DNA of 33,259 nt from Blastocystis sp. subtype 4 (taxonomy: Eukaryota). Below the pieces are notes generated by a model that saw only the letters and a program-made list of their open reading frames with translations, was not told the origin of the DNA and ran no database searches. The translations under genes were made by a program, and so were the position numbers. The first letter of the stretch is position 1, and each line of letters begins with the position of its first letter. Location of the stretch: NCBI RefSeq assembly GCF_000743755.1, contig NW_014569451.1, positions 1 to 33,259 on the forward strand. The letters are read 5' to 3'. Shown here one piece after another: positions 32,101 through 33,259 of the stretch.

Positions 32101-33246
32101 GTGCTGGAGACGCTGTTCAACGAGGAATTGGGTCTGGTGATGGAGGTGGATGATACCAATGTGGAGACAGTGAGAAGTGCCTATGCTGCTGCAGAGGTGC
32201 CTTGTGAGGTGATTGGTCATACGATTCCGAAGGACGAAGTGACAGTGTATTTCGGTGAGAAGGAGGTATTGAGACAGAAGATGACAGTGTTACGAGACTT
32301 ATGGGAGGCAACCTCCTTCGAGTTGGAGAAGCTCCAATGCAATCCTGAATGTGTGGAGCAGGAGCAGAGTATCATGAAGACTCGTCACACTCCCAAGTGG
32401 ACTTTGACCTATGAACCTCGTCCTACACCTACAGAATGGGAGGCAGATCGTGCGAAGTTCAAGGTAGCAATTATTCGTGAAGAAGGAAGCAATGGAGATC
32501 GAGAGATGGCAGGTGCGATGTATGCTGCTGGTTTTGAACCTTGGGATGTGCATATGCGTGATCTGGAAGCAGGAATCGTTTCCTTGAGCCAATTCCGGGG
32601 TATAGTATTTGTAGGTGGCTTCACCTATGCCGATGTGTTGGAGAGTGCTCGGGGTTGGGCAGCTTCAATCCTGTTCAACCCGAAGGTGAAGGCTGAGTTC
32701 GATGCTTTCTATGCTCGTCCTGATACTTTCTCGTTGGGTGTGTGTAACGGTTGTCAGTTGATGGCTCAGCTGGGTGTGGTGCCCTTCAAGGATTTGCCTC
32801 AGACCAAGCAGCCTCGTTTCATGCAGAACAAGTCGGGTCGTTTCGAGTCTCGCTTTGTGAATGTGCGTGTGGAGCATAGCAATGCAATTATGCTTCAGGG
32901 CATGGAGGGATCAACATTAGGTGTATGGGTGGCTCACGGAGAAGGTCGTTGCTTCTGGCCTGATGAGGAGGTCCACAATGAGGCTTTGAAGCAGAACTGT
33001 GTGGCCATGAAGTATGTGGATGATGATGGCGAGCCTACGATGACCTATCCATTCAACCCGAATGGTTCTAGAGATTCAATTGTGGGACTGACGTCGCCTG
33101 ATGGTCGTCATCTGTGCATCATGCCTCATCCAGAACGTCTGTTCATGAAGTTCCAGTGGCCTTATTGGCCTGAGGAATGGACCAATTCTGTGTCACCTTG
33201 GATGAAGTTGTTCCAGAATGCTAGAGAGTGGTGTATCAATCACTGA
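29156..33246 (+). CDS. PFAS: Phosphoribosylformylglycinamidine synthase (large PurL type, ADE6)
   Basis: EVGPRLNFSTAWSTNA, AQSNSEHSRHWFF, AETHNFP, IHDQGAGG, glutaminase LGVCNGCQL and MPHPER; TGA 33244-33246. Confidence 0.98.
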
Positions 33247-33259
33247 AGTTGATTATGGT

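Noticed and set aside
1..33259. Frameshifted pseudogenes or a non-standard genetic code suggested by fragmented ORFs
   Set aside because: The breaks I examined resolve with short GT-AG introns under the standard code; no mobile element, rRNA or tRNA was recognised.

Overview
Very gene-dense eukaryotic nuclear DNA with about 21 protein genes, many short (about 29-40 nt) GT-AG introns and intergenic gaps of tens to about 230 nt. A TGTTTGTT-like motif follows most gene ends, and several genes have no genomic stop where the protein should end. This is the known Blastocystis signature of UAA stops completed by polyadenylation (organism inferred, not proven). Genes in order: RPL21 (3' part), unknown multipass membrane protein, CCT-domain protein, PH domain-PP2A B56 fusion, NDUFB2, Mei2-like RRM protein, kaptin-like, WDR91, VPS25, 2-TM repeat-tailed protein, HEXIM-like protein, degenerate Cu/Zn-SOD, HSP20, RAD6-like E2, MMAA, PDI, SART3/Prp24, RPS28, AAAP transporter, NIPA-like transporter, GT13 GnT-I-like enzyme, SmB and FGAM synthase. 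Most interesting: a HEXIM-like protein outside animals, back-to-back quasi-palindromic poly(A) elements shared by convergent genes, C-terminal sorting signals exposed by poly(A)-made stops, a PH-B56 fusion and a metal-ligand-dead SOD1. Gene models were spliced by eye and homologies are from recalled motifs, with no searches run.
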